Assembly: GCA_016185345.1 (NCBI GenBank)
Contig: JACPNS010000005.1
Location: 34,117 to 98,116, forward strand
Length of the DNA: 64,000 nt
DNA from: Solirubrobacterales bacterium
GTDB taxonomy: Bacteria > Actinomycetota > Thermoleophilia > Solirubrobacterales > JACPNS01
Direction of reading: 5' to 3'
The notes under the pieces are model-generated. The model ran no database searches and had not been told where the DNA came from. It saw nothing but the letters and a program-made list of their open reading frames with translations. A program made the position numbers and the translations under genes. How positions within the stretch are numbered: the stretch's first letter is position 1; the number at the start of each line of letters is the position of its first letter. Positions 22,454-29,942 of this stretch are shown here, piece after piece.

Positions 22454-23049
22454 CGGTGCGATCGGTCCATCTCCGCTGAGAGCTCCCTGATCGTGCGAAC
22501 GAAATCGTCGAGCTTCGACACGCACTGCGGCCCGAGGTCATCGGCGCGGGCCGTGAAATGTCGCACCAGTTCATTCAAATACCAGAGCTGACCCTCGCGG
22601 CCTTCCTTGAAGCGCGGCCAGATGTCATCGCCGATGCATCGATAATCCAGCAGCGTCGCGCGAGCGTTGTGCAGCTTGTCGGCGAGCGAGATCAGCAGCT
22701 CATCGCGCGCCTTGCCCGGCAGCGAGTTGAGGTACTCCTGTTTGCGCGCGCGCCAGGGTGGTTTGGGCTTCTGGTCCGTGTCGGTGTTGGCGAGGACTAT
22801 CCGCGCGACGTCCGCGCCGAACTCCTCGCGAACCCGCTCGGCCATTGGCGCTCCGCCGCAATCCTCGACCACATCGTGCAGCAGCGCGGCGATCGCCTCA
22901 TCCTCGCTGCCCTCCATCTCGAGCACGATCGAGGACACTCCGAGGAGATGCGAGATGTACGGAATCTCGGTTCCTTTGCGCACCTGCTTCTTGTGCGCCT
23001 TGCGCGCGAATTTGACTGCTTTTTCGTACCGTTTTGTGAGCGTCACCAT
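22450..23049 (-). CDS. small HD-domain (p)ppGpp-hydrolase-like protein (RelA/SpoT HD family)
   Basis: Trimmed to 'MVTLTKRYEKAVKFARKAHKKQVRKGTEIPYISHLLGV...AALLHDVVEDCG'. The rest of the 317-aa track ORF is antisense to greA. Confidence 0.75.
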   Translation of the reverse strand: MVTLTKRYEKAVKFARKAHKKQVRKGTEIPYISHLLGVSSIVLEMEGSEDEAIAALLHDVVEDCGGAPMAERVREEFGADVARIVLANTDTDQKPKPPWRARKQEYLNSLPGKARDELLISLADKLHNARATLLDYRCIGDDIWPRFKEGREGQLWYLNELVRHFTARADDLGPQCVSKLDDFVRTIRELSAEMDRSHR

Positions 23050-23095
23050 GAGAGCCGAGACTCTAAGCGTTTCGCAACCGGTTAGCTTCTGGTGA

Positions 23096-23566
23096 ATGAA
23101 CGACCAAGTACCGATGTCACAGGCCGCATACGACGAACTCGAAGCCGAGATCCAAAAGCTCGAGAACGAGGAGCGCCCAAAGATCGCAGCGAAGATTTCC
23201 GTCGCGCGTGAAGATGGCGACCTCAAAGAGAACGCCGAGTACCACGCCGCCAAGAACGACCAGTCCTTCCTTGAGACCCGCATCCTGCAGCTGCGCGAGC
23301 AGCGCCAGCACGCGGTGATCATCGAGGCAACCGGCAACGAGACCGAGATCGGCTTCGGCTCGACCTTCACGCTGCTCGACGACACCAGCGGCAAGGAGAT
23401 CACCTACACGATCGTCGCCTCTTACGAGCAGGACGCTTCGGCCGGCAAGCTCTCAAACAGCTCGCCAGTCGCAGAGGCCGTGATCGGCAAGAGCGCAGGT
23501 GACTCCGTCACAGTGAGCCTGCCCAACGGCAAGAAGCGCAAGTTCAAAGTCGTAAAACTCGGTTAA
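23096..23566 (+). CDS. greA: transcription elongation factor GreA
   Basis: 156 aa. Coiled-coil N-domain with 'DLKENAEYHAAK', and a C-terminal 'SSPVAEAVIGK' region. Confidence 0.93.
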   Translation: MNDQVPMSQAAYDELEAEIQKLENEERPKIAAKISVAREDGDLKENAEYHAAKNDQSFLETRILQLREQRQHAVIIEATGNETEIGFGSTFTLLDDTSGKEITYTIVASYEQDASAGKLSNSSPVAEAVIGKSAGDSVTVSLPNGKKRKFKVVKLG

Positions 23567-23612
23567 AGCCAAAATCATTTTGTAACCAAGCTTTATCCAT
23601 CGGCGCATTACG

Positions 23613-24236
23613 ATGCGCTCGATGGCGGGCACGGAACTCGAGAAACAGATCGCCAGGGCGTTGGCCGACACCGAGCGCTGGCTGCGCAAGCAGCCGACCT
23701 GGAAGAGCGGCCATCTGACCAATTCCAAAGGCACTGTCGTGAGCCCGCGCGGCCCGTCAATTCTGAGCGAGTCCGACGCCGTGCTGCAGTTCGCCCGCTT
23801 CCTGAACAAGCAGGGCGTACCGTGGCGGGACATCCACGTCGAGGTCGCGCCCGGTCAGTGGCTCGTGGATCCGACAACCGGTCGATCCCGACCGCGACGG
23901 ATCGACCTCGCGATCGTTGACCGCGACCGATTGGCCAAACGCACCACGCCGTTCTCCCCGGCCCGGGACAAAGACTTTCTCTTCGATGCGATCTTCACGT
24001 TCAAGCTCGCGAGCAACTCATGGGATCGCCCGCTGAAGAGTGGGCGCAAGCCGAAGCCGCCCGTGCGCATACAGAAGAACATTCAGTCCGAGGTCAAGAA
24101 GATGACGAGTTATCTACGTGACCTTTGGGCGAACCGCGGTTACGTGATCGTGATCGAGGAGGCCGACCACGGCTGGAAGCGTCCGAGCGACGCCTCCAAA
24201 GACGGTCTTAGCGTGCATTACCTCAAGTGCTTCTGA
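23613..24236 (+). CDS. hypothetical protein (possible restriction-endonuclease-like fold)
   Basis: 207 aa with no family recognised. 'SESD ... RIDLAIVD ... FDAIFTFKL' loosely resembles a PD-(D/E)XK layout, but the E-x-K is not canonical. Confidence 0.4.
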   Translation: MRSMAGTELEKQIARALADTERWLRKQPTWKSGHLTNSKGTVVSPRGPSILSESDAVLQFARFLNKQGVPWRDIHVEVAPGQWLVDPTTGRSRPRRIDLAIVDRDRLAKRTTPFSPARDKDFLFDAIFTFKLASNSWDRPLKSGRKPKPPVRIQKNIQSEVKKMTSYLRDLWANRGYVIVIEEADHGWKRPSDASKDGLSVHYLKCF

Positions 24237-24250
24237 CGTAGCATCGGGCG

Positions 24251-25162
24251 ATGTCCGATTTCAAGAACCTCCCCGCCCTCGACCTGCCGCTGGTCTCGAA
24301 GGGGAAGGTGCGCGACACGTACGAGCTGCCCGGCGGCGACCTGCTGATGGTCGCCAGCGACCGGATCAGCACGTACGACGCGATCCACCCGAACCCGATT
24401 CCCGGCAAGGGCCAGGTGCTCACCGGCACCTCGGTCTTCTGGTTTGAGCAGCTCGGCGAGTTGGTGGAAAACCACCTGATCAGCACGATTGAAGATGTGC
24501 CTCCGGCACTGCGCGGTCGTGCGCTTAAGGTGAAGCGACTTGAGATGCTGCCGATCGAATGCGTTGTACGCGGGTATCTCGCGGGGTCCGGTTGGAGCGA
24601 TTACCAAGAGACCGGGGCAGTCTGCGGAGTCGGGCTTCCCGACGGCCTGAAGGAATCATCTGAACTGCCCGAGCCGATCTTCACACCCGCGACCAAGGCC
24701 GACATCGGAGATCATGATGAGAACATCGACGAGGCTGGCGCGATCGAGGCACTCGGCGGAGACGCGGAGCTGTTCGCCAAGGTCAAGCGCCTGAGCGTCG
24801 CGATCTACGAGCACGCGCGAGAACACGCCGCGACCAAGGGAATCATCCTCGCCGACACCAAGTTTGAGTTCGGCATCGACCCGGACAACGGCAAGATCAC
24901 GCTCGGTGACGAAGTGCTCACACCGGACTCTTCGCGCTACTGGCCGGCCGACGCCTACGAGCCCGGCCACGCGCAGTCCTCATTCGACAAGCAGTTCGTG
25001 CGTGACTGGGCACGTTCGACCGGCTGGGACAAGTCACCGCCGGCGCCTGAGATTCCGCCGCACATCGTCGAGCAGACGCAGAAGCGCTACATCGAGGCAT
25101 ACGAGCGCCTCTCGGGCAAGCCCTTCAGCGGCTGGCTCGACAGCGTCGGTGCGATCGCCTGA
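24251..25162 (+). CDS. purC: SAICAR synthetase
   Basis: 303 aa. 'GKVRDTYE', 'SDRISTYD' and 'LADTKFEFG' motifs. Confidence 0.95.
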   Translation: MSDFKNLPALDLPLVSKGKVRDTYELPGGDLLMVASDRISTYDAIHPNPIPGKGQVLTGTSVFWFEQLGELVENHLISTIEDVPPALRGRALKVKRLEMLPIECVVRGYLAGSGWSDYQETGAVCGVGLPDGLKESSELPEPIFTPATKADIGDHDENIDEAGAIEALGGDAELFAKVKRLSVAIYEHAREHAATKGIILADTKFEFGIDPDNGKITLGDEVLTPDSSRYWPADAYEPGHAQSSFDKQFVRDWARSTGWDKSPPAPEIPPHIVEQTQKRYIEAYERLSGKPFSGWLDSVGAIA

Positions 25163-25175
25163 CTGGGGCGCGGCG

Positions 25176-26033
25176 ATGACGGTCGGGCCGCCGATCCTCG
25201 ATCAGAACCTGGCCGGGCGACTGGCGATGGAGGAGTCAGACTTTGCGGCGCTGGCAGAACGGCTAGGCGCGCGACTGGGCGGAAGGCCGATCGAGGACGG
25301 GGACTTCGAACGCGCGCTCGGCTATCCCTGGGAACGACCGGTGGAGTCGTTCTACATGCAGGACGGGTCGGTGCAGTTGCTCGGACCGGGCGACGACCTC
25401 TCGGCGATCGACCTCGGAAGCGCAGAGCGGTACCCGCTGATCACATTTGGATCCAACGGCGCGCCCGGCGTGCTTTCGGCAAAGCTCTCCGTGCTCGATG
25501 AAGACGCGCGAGATGTGCTCGTGTTGACCGGCGAGCTCGTCGGATACGACGTCGTGGCCTCGGCGCACGTTGCGCTCTATGGCGCGATGCCGGCGACGAT
25601 CGTCCCGTGGGGACCGACCCGCGCGCGAGCCGGGTTGTTGATGGTGACTGCCGAGCAGTTCACGGCCCTGACGCGCACGGAGTTCAACTACGCGGTTGCG
25701 CGGATCGACGGCGGGGCCTTCACGGCCGATCTCGATTGGCTGGCGCCCGAGGCGGTGTTCGCGTACGTATCGAGGAACGGCGCCTTCACGATCGACGGGA
25801 ACCACGTGGGGCTCAAAGCCGTCCCCGCCACCCAGCGCGAGTGCCATGAACTCGAGCAGGAGCATGTGCTTGACGCGGCCGCCGAATTGATCATTGGGCC
25901 CGGCGCGACTGCGGTTGACGTCGTGCGCGAGACGATCGCTGACTACGCGTGGTCAGTCGAGGTCGCGCGCCCGGCGCTTGCTGGGGTGACGAATCCGTTC
26001 AGTCCAGAGGACTGGCAATTGCTGGGAAGGTGA
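25176..26033 (+). CDS. hypothetical protein (weak gamma-glutamylcyclotransferase-like motif)
   Basis: Trimmed to the ATG at 25176 ('MTVGPPILDQ...'). 'LITFGSNGAPGVLSAKL' resembles the YGSN motif of GGCT/AIG2-like folds. The upstream part of the track ORF overlaps purC out of frame. Confidence 0.45.
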   Translation: MTVGPPILDQNLAGRLAMEESDFAALAERLGARLGGRPIEDGDFERALGYPWERPVESFYMQDGSVQLLGPGDDLSAIDLGSAERYPLITFGSNGAPGVLSAKLSVLDEDARDVLVLTGELVGYDVVASAHVALYGAMPATIVPWGPTRARAGLLMVTAEQFTALTRTEFNYAVARIDGGAFTADLDWLAPEAVFAYVSRNGAFTIDGNHVGLKAVPATQRECHELEQEHVLDAAAELIIGPGATAVDVVRETIADYAWSVEVARPALAGVTNPFSPEDWQLLGR

Positions 26034-26039
26034 GTGCGC

Positions 26040-26738
26040 TCAGCACTCGCCGCGCAGAACGCAGTTGGTGACGCTGTCGAAGATGCTCTGGCTCTCAGCC
26101 TCGGCGTCTCGCGCGTTGGCCTGTGCCTTCGCTTCACCTTCGGCCAGCGCCTTTGACCTGGCGGCTTCAACCGCAGCGGCCGTCTCGTCTCGCAGCTTGG
26201 CGAATGCGCGCTCGTAACTGTTCACGGCGCTCTGCTTTGCCGACTGAACGGCCTGCTCGATGCTCTGATCGACCTGCGCCTGGCTAGGACGAGTGGACTG
26301 GCCGATGAAGAACGCAACTGTGATCGCGAGGGCAAACACGAGCACAGTCGCGATGACCTTCCTGGCTCCACCACTCTGCGGCGCCTTGGCCTGCTTCGGC
26401 GGAGCGGGAGGCGGAGTGACCCCGCGCTTTCGCGCCGAGCGCGTGAGCGGCGGCTGGCTACCGACCCGAGCCGGCGAAACCGAACGCGCGGGCATCACGC
26501 GAGTCGCGCGCACGCTCTCGCGCGCAGACTTGTCGAACGCCGTTCCGCACGAGGGGCACCACTCACCGGTGACCTCCCAAGCCAACGAACACTCGGGGCA
26601 GACGCGAAGCGGCGCGTAGGCGCGCGGGTCGAGACGGTGGGTCTCGGCGTCGGGGTCGGTGAAGCTGTTTTTGACCGTCGGCGCGTCCGGGCCGAGATCA
26701 ATTCGGGTAAGCGTGTCTGTGTCGCGTTCGCGGCTCAT
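26040..26738 (-). CDS. zinc-ribbon membrane protein
   Basis: Trimmed to 'MSRERDTD...'. 'CPECS...CPSCG' zinc ribbon, a basic/Pro linker, one TM helix ('VIATVLVFALAITVAFFIG'), a coiled-coil-like ectodomain and C-terminal Cys residues. Confidence 0.6.
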   Translation of the reverse strand: MSRERDTDTLTRIDLGPDAPTVKNSFTDPDAETHRLDPRAYAPLRVCPECSLAWEVTGEWCPSCGTAFDKSARESVRATRVMPARSVSPARVGSQPPLTRSARKRGVTPPPAPPKQAKAPQSGGARKVIATVLVFALAITVAFFIGQSTRPSQAQVDQSIEQAVQSAKQSAVNSYERAFAKLRDETAAAVEAARSKALAEGEAKAQANARDAEAESQSIFDSVTNCVLRGEC

Positions 26739-26793
26739 CGGTGAACTAGAACACCGCTGGGCCGAAAAGGTCTCACTTGGCGCGTGCGATTTG

Positions 26794-27303
26794 TCAGGCA
26801 GCGCTGTCCGCCGGAGCGGCGGCCTTGATGTCGCCGAGCTTGACCTGGTGCTTGTTCGCGCCGGGACCGGGTCGCAATTTCGTGTTCGAAGCCTTGAGAT
26901 CGCCGCCGCAGTGATCGCAGACGGGCTTTGCATTCGCGACGTGACCACAGGCCTCGTGGAAGAGTTCTCGCGGGGCGCCATCGGGCGCCGCGTACTTGTT
27001 GCCCCATGCCAACAGCGCAAGCAGGATCGGCTGCGCGTCCTGGCCCTTCTTGGTCAGCACGTAGCGCTCTATGTCCTGCCCGTCGCGCTGCTCATCAACC
27101 CGCACAACGATGCCCTGATCGACCAGTGTCTGCAGACGATCGCTGAGGATGTTGGATGCAACGCCGGTGTTGCGCCTGATCTCACTGAAACGGCCGCGAC
27201 CGATCGCAACCTCGCGAAAGATCAGCATCGTCCAACGTTCTGTGAAAACCTCGGCGGCGCGGGCGACGCCGCAGTTCTGATTTTCGAACGGCCTGAAGGG
27301 CAT
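26794..27303 (-). CDS. HxlR-family transcriptional regulator with C-terminal Cys/His extension
   Basis: 'CGVARAAEVFTERWTMLIFRE...RFSEIRR' is an HxlR-type wHTH. The extra ~45-aa tail contains 'CGH...CDHCGG'. Confidence 0.85.
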   Translation of the reverse strand: MPFRPFENQNCGVARAAEVFTERWTMLIFREVAIGRGRFSEIRRNTGVASNILSDRLQTLVDQGIVVRVDEQRDGQDIERYVLTKKGQDAQPILLALLAWGNKYAAPDGAPRELFHEACGHVANAKPVCDHCGGDLKASNTKLRPGPGANKHQVKLGDIKAAAPADSAA

Positions 27304-27323
27304 GGACTGATACTAACGAATGT

Positions 27324-27340
27324 GGTTGCAATATGCAACC
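27324..27340. promoter_or_regulatory. inverted-repeat operator GGTTGCA-ATA-TGCAACC
   Basis: Perfect 7-bp arms in the HxlR/MFS divergent intergenic region. Confidence 0.65.
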
Positions 27341-27365
27341 GATGCTGTTACGATGGCCTCCGCCG

Positions 27366-27382
27366 GTTGCAAAACGCAACTA
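27366..27382. promoter_or_regulatory. second, degenerate copy of the operator (GGTTGCA-AAA-CGCAACT)
   Basis: 5 of 7 arm positions are symmetric. Lies 42 bp from the first site. Confidence 0.45.
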
Positions 27383-27417
27383 CCCCATTCCAGTTTCCCG
27401 CTCGCCAGGAGTTCCCC

Positions 27418-28851
27418 ATGCAACACAAATGGAAAGTCCTCACGATCGTCTCGGTCGCGATCTTCATGGGCAGCCTCGACCTGTTCATCGTCAACGTCGC
27501 ATTCCCCGATATCGCAGCCGAATTCGGCGGCGCCTCGCTCAGCGACCTCTCGTGGGTGTTGAACGCATTCGCGATCGTCTTCGCCGCGCTGCTCGTGCCC
27601 AGCGGCCGGATGGCCGACCGTTTCGGGCGCAAGCGATTCTTTGTCTGCGGCCTTGTGACGTTCATAGTCGGTTCAGCACTTTGCGGCCTCGCCCCTTCGC
27701 TCGAAACGCTCGTCGCCGCGCGCGTGATCCAATCGGCGGGAGTTGCCGCGATGGCGCCGACCAGCCTCGCGCTTCTCCTTCCTCAGTTCGAGCCGGCCGA
27801 ACGCCCGACTGCGATCGCGGTCTGGTCGGCTGCCGGAGGAATCGCCGCTGCGGCCGGCCCGCCACTCGGCGGACTGCTCGTGACGATCGACTGGCGCCTG
27901 ATCTTCTTCGTCAACATCCCGGTTGGATTGATCGCACTGTGGTTCGCCGTTCGCACGCTCGATGAAGCGCGCGACGAATCGGCGACCGAGTTGCCGGACC
28001 TCTTCGGCACCGCGCTGCTGATCAGTTCTGTCACGGCACTTTCCCTGGGACTCGTGAAGTCCGACGTCTGGGGCTGGACGGGCACCGAGACCCTCGCGAG
28101 CTTGGCGGTGTCGCTGGTGACCGCGATCTGGTTCGTGCGGCGCTCGGCGACACAGAGCTCGCCGGTGATCGACCTCGATCTCTTCCGCGTGCGCTCCTTC
28201 GCCATGGCCAACGTCGCGTCGCTGTTCTTCTACGCGGCCTTCAGCGCGGGCCTGTTGGTGATGGTGCTGTTCCTCACCGAGGTCTGGGGTGAGTCAGTTC
28301 TGACCGCAGGCCTCTGGCTGGCGACCGGACCGGCTGCGGCGGCGATCACAAGTGTGCCCGCCGGAAAGCTCGGCGCGCGGGTGGGCCAGGGCCGCGTCGC
28401 AGCTGTCGGATGCTTCCTGTTCGGACTCGGCACAGCGATCTTCGCGATGCGGGTGACGACCAGTCCAGATCCCTTGGGCACGATGACGCCGTCGTGGGTA
28501 CTCGGAGGCATCGGCGTTGGAATGGTGTTGCCGACGATTGCCGGCACCGTCGCGGCGGCGCTTCCGCCAGCGCGCTTTGCGACCGGCAGCGCCGTGATGA
28601 CCACGGCGCGTCAGATCGGCGCGGTGATAGGAGTCGCGCTGCTCATCCCGGTGCTCGGCACGCCCGACCCGGCCGATCCGATCCCGGCGTTCCAGGACGC
28701 CTGGCTGCTGATCATCGGGCTCGTGATGACGGCGTCGGTCGCCGGTCTGCTCTTCGGCAAGGTCACCCAGAACACCGAGGTCGCCCCGACGGAGGAACTG
28801 GCACACCAGCACCTGATAGCAGCGCCCGAGCCAGAGCCCGCCCACGCTTAA
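27418..28851 (+). CDS. MFS transporter (14-TM DHA2/EmrB-like drug:H+ antiporter type)
   Basis: Trimmed to 'MQHKWKVLTIVSVAIFMGSLDLFIVNVAFP'. 'GRMADRFGRKR' loop motif and many TM helices. The upstream part of the 730-aa track ORF is antisense to the HxlR gene. Confidence 0.88.
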   Translation: MQHKWKVLTIVSVAIFMGSLDLFIVNVAFPDIAAEFGGASLSDLSWVLNAFAIVFAALLVPSGRMADRFGRKRFFVCGLVTFIVGSALCGLAPSLETLVAARVIQSAGVAAMAPTSLALLLPQFEPAERPTAIAVWSAAGGIAAAAGPPLGGLLVTIDWRLIFFVNIPVGLIALWFAVRTLDEARDESATELPDLFGTALLISSVTALSLGLVKSDVWGWTGTETLASLAVSLVTAIWFVRRSATQSSPVIDLDLFRVRSFAMANVASLFFYAAFSAGLLVMVLFLTEVWGESVLTAGLWLATGPAAAAITSVPAGKLGARVGQGRVAAVGCFLFGLGTAIFAMRVTTSPDPLGTMTPSWVLGGIGVGMVLPTIAGTVAAALPPARFATGSAVMTTARQIGAVIGVALLIPVLGTPDPADPIPAFQDAWLLIIGLVMTASVAGLLFGKVTQNTEVAPTEELAHQHLIAAPEPEPAHA

Positions 28852-29010
28852 CACCGCACGCTCCCCAAGCGAAAACGCTCGCGGCCAGGACGACTCCCCC
28901 CAGGGTGTGTTCCGGCCGCGGCGTTTGTATTACCTCGGGATATCTCTGCCGTCGCCGCCCCAACTCTCGATACGCTCAGACCTCACTCGGTCCTCGGAAG
29001 GAGCCACACC

Positions 29011-29250
29011 TTGGCCGTCAAAGCCACCGTCCTGATCCGTCCCAAAGAAGGCATCCTCGACCCTCAGGGCGAGGCCGTCGAGAACGCACTTCCCGCGCTC
29101 GGATTCTCCGGCGTCAGTCACGTACACGTTGGTCGCCTGGTTGAGCTTGAAATCGAAGACGACTCGCAGCTCGAGTCGATGTGCGAGAAGCTGCTCGCCA
29201 ATCCGTTGATCGAGGACTACGAGATCGTCCAAAGCCCGATCAAGGCCTGA
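29011..29250 (+). CDS. purS: FGAM synthase subunit PurS
   Basis: 79 aa. TTG start preceded by GGAAGGAG. 'RPKEGILDPQGEAV' motif. Confidence 0.9.
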   Translation: MAVKATVLIRPKEGILDPQGEAVENALPALGFSGVSHVHVGRLVELEIEDDSQLESMCEKLLANPLIEDYEIVQSPIKA

Positions 29251-29942
29251 TGACGAAGTTCGGGATTCCCCAGTTCCCGGGCTCGTGCGACGAGACCGAC
29301 ACGTTGCTCGCCTGCGCGCGCGTCGGCGAAGCCGAACTGCTCTGGCACAAGGACAAGGACCTCAAGGGAGTTGACGTCGTAGTCATTCCCGGCGGATTCT
29401 CCTACGGCGACTACCTGCGCGTCGGCGCAATCCCGCCGTTCAGTCCCGTGATGCAGGCCGTCGCCGAGCACGCTGCCGACGGCGGATTGGTGCTCGGAAT
29501 CTGCAACGGCTTTCAGGTGCTCACCGAGGCCGGCCTGCTCCCGGGCGCGCTACTTCCGAACGTGAATCTCTCGTTCACCTGCCGCCAGGTCGATCTGATC
29601 GTCGAGAACGTCGAGACGCCATTCACCCACGAGTGCGTGCCGACCGAGCGCCTCTCCATCCCGGCCAAGCACACGACCGGCCGCTATTTCGCCCCGACCG
29701 AGATGCTCAACGCGATGGAGGCTGAAGGACAGGTGCTGCTGCGGTACGCGCAGGGCCACAACTTCAACGGCTCGACCAATGACATCGCTGGCGTCTGCAA
29801 CGAACAACGCAACGTCTTTGGCCTGATGCCCCACCCCGAGCACGCAGTCGATCCCCTCACCGGATCAGACGACGGGCTGAAACTCTTTGCATCACTCGCC
29901 AGCGCTGCGCCGATGGCCCTCGCAACCGGAGACGCGACGTGA
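29250..29942 (+). CDS. purQ: FGAM synthase glutaminase subunit PurQ
   Basis: ATG overlaps the purS stop (TGATG). 'GICNGFQ' nucleophile Cys and 'MPHPE' His. Confidence 0.93.
   Translation: MTKFGIPQFPGSCDETDTLLACARVGEAELLWHKDKDLKGVDVVVIPGGFSYGDYLRVGAIPPFSPVMQAVAEHAADGGLVLGICNGFQVLTEAGLLPGALLPNVNLSFTCRQVDLIVENVETPFTHECVPTERLSIPAKHTTGRYFAPTEMLNAMEAEGQVLLRYAQGHNFNGSTNDIAGVCNEQRNVFGLMPHPEHAVDPLTGSDDGLKLFASLASAAPMALATGDAT

Noticed and set aside
22450-23403. Over-long track ORFs: 22450-23403, 24864-26033, 26040-27020, 26659-28851, 18261-19526, 14168-15553, 34865-35668, 35778-37421, 29181-29942, 55009-57267 and 37427-38866.
   Set aside because: Their 5' parts overlap neighbouring genes or run antisense to them, and they lack family similarity. 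Starts were moved to internal start codons where the recognisable protein begins, often with RBS or start/stop-overlap support.
28852-29010. Possible purine or ZTP (pfl) riboswitch upstream of purS, and likewise in the purN-purH spacer (35669-35825).
   Set aside because: I could not find the conserved ZTP 3' element (CCGCCUGGGC-like) or the purine-riboswitch junction sequences by eye. An Infernal scan would be decisive.
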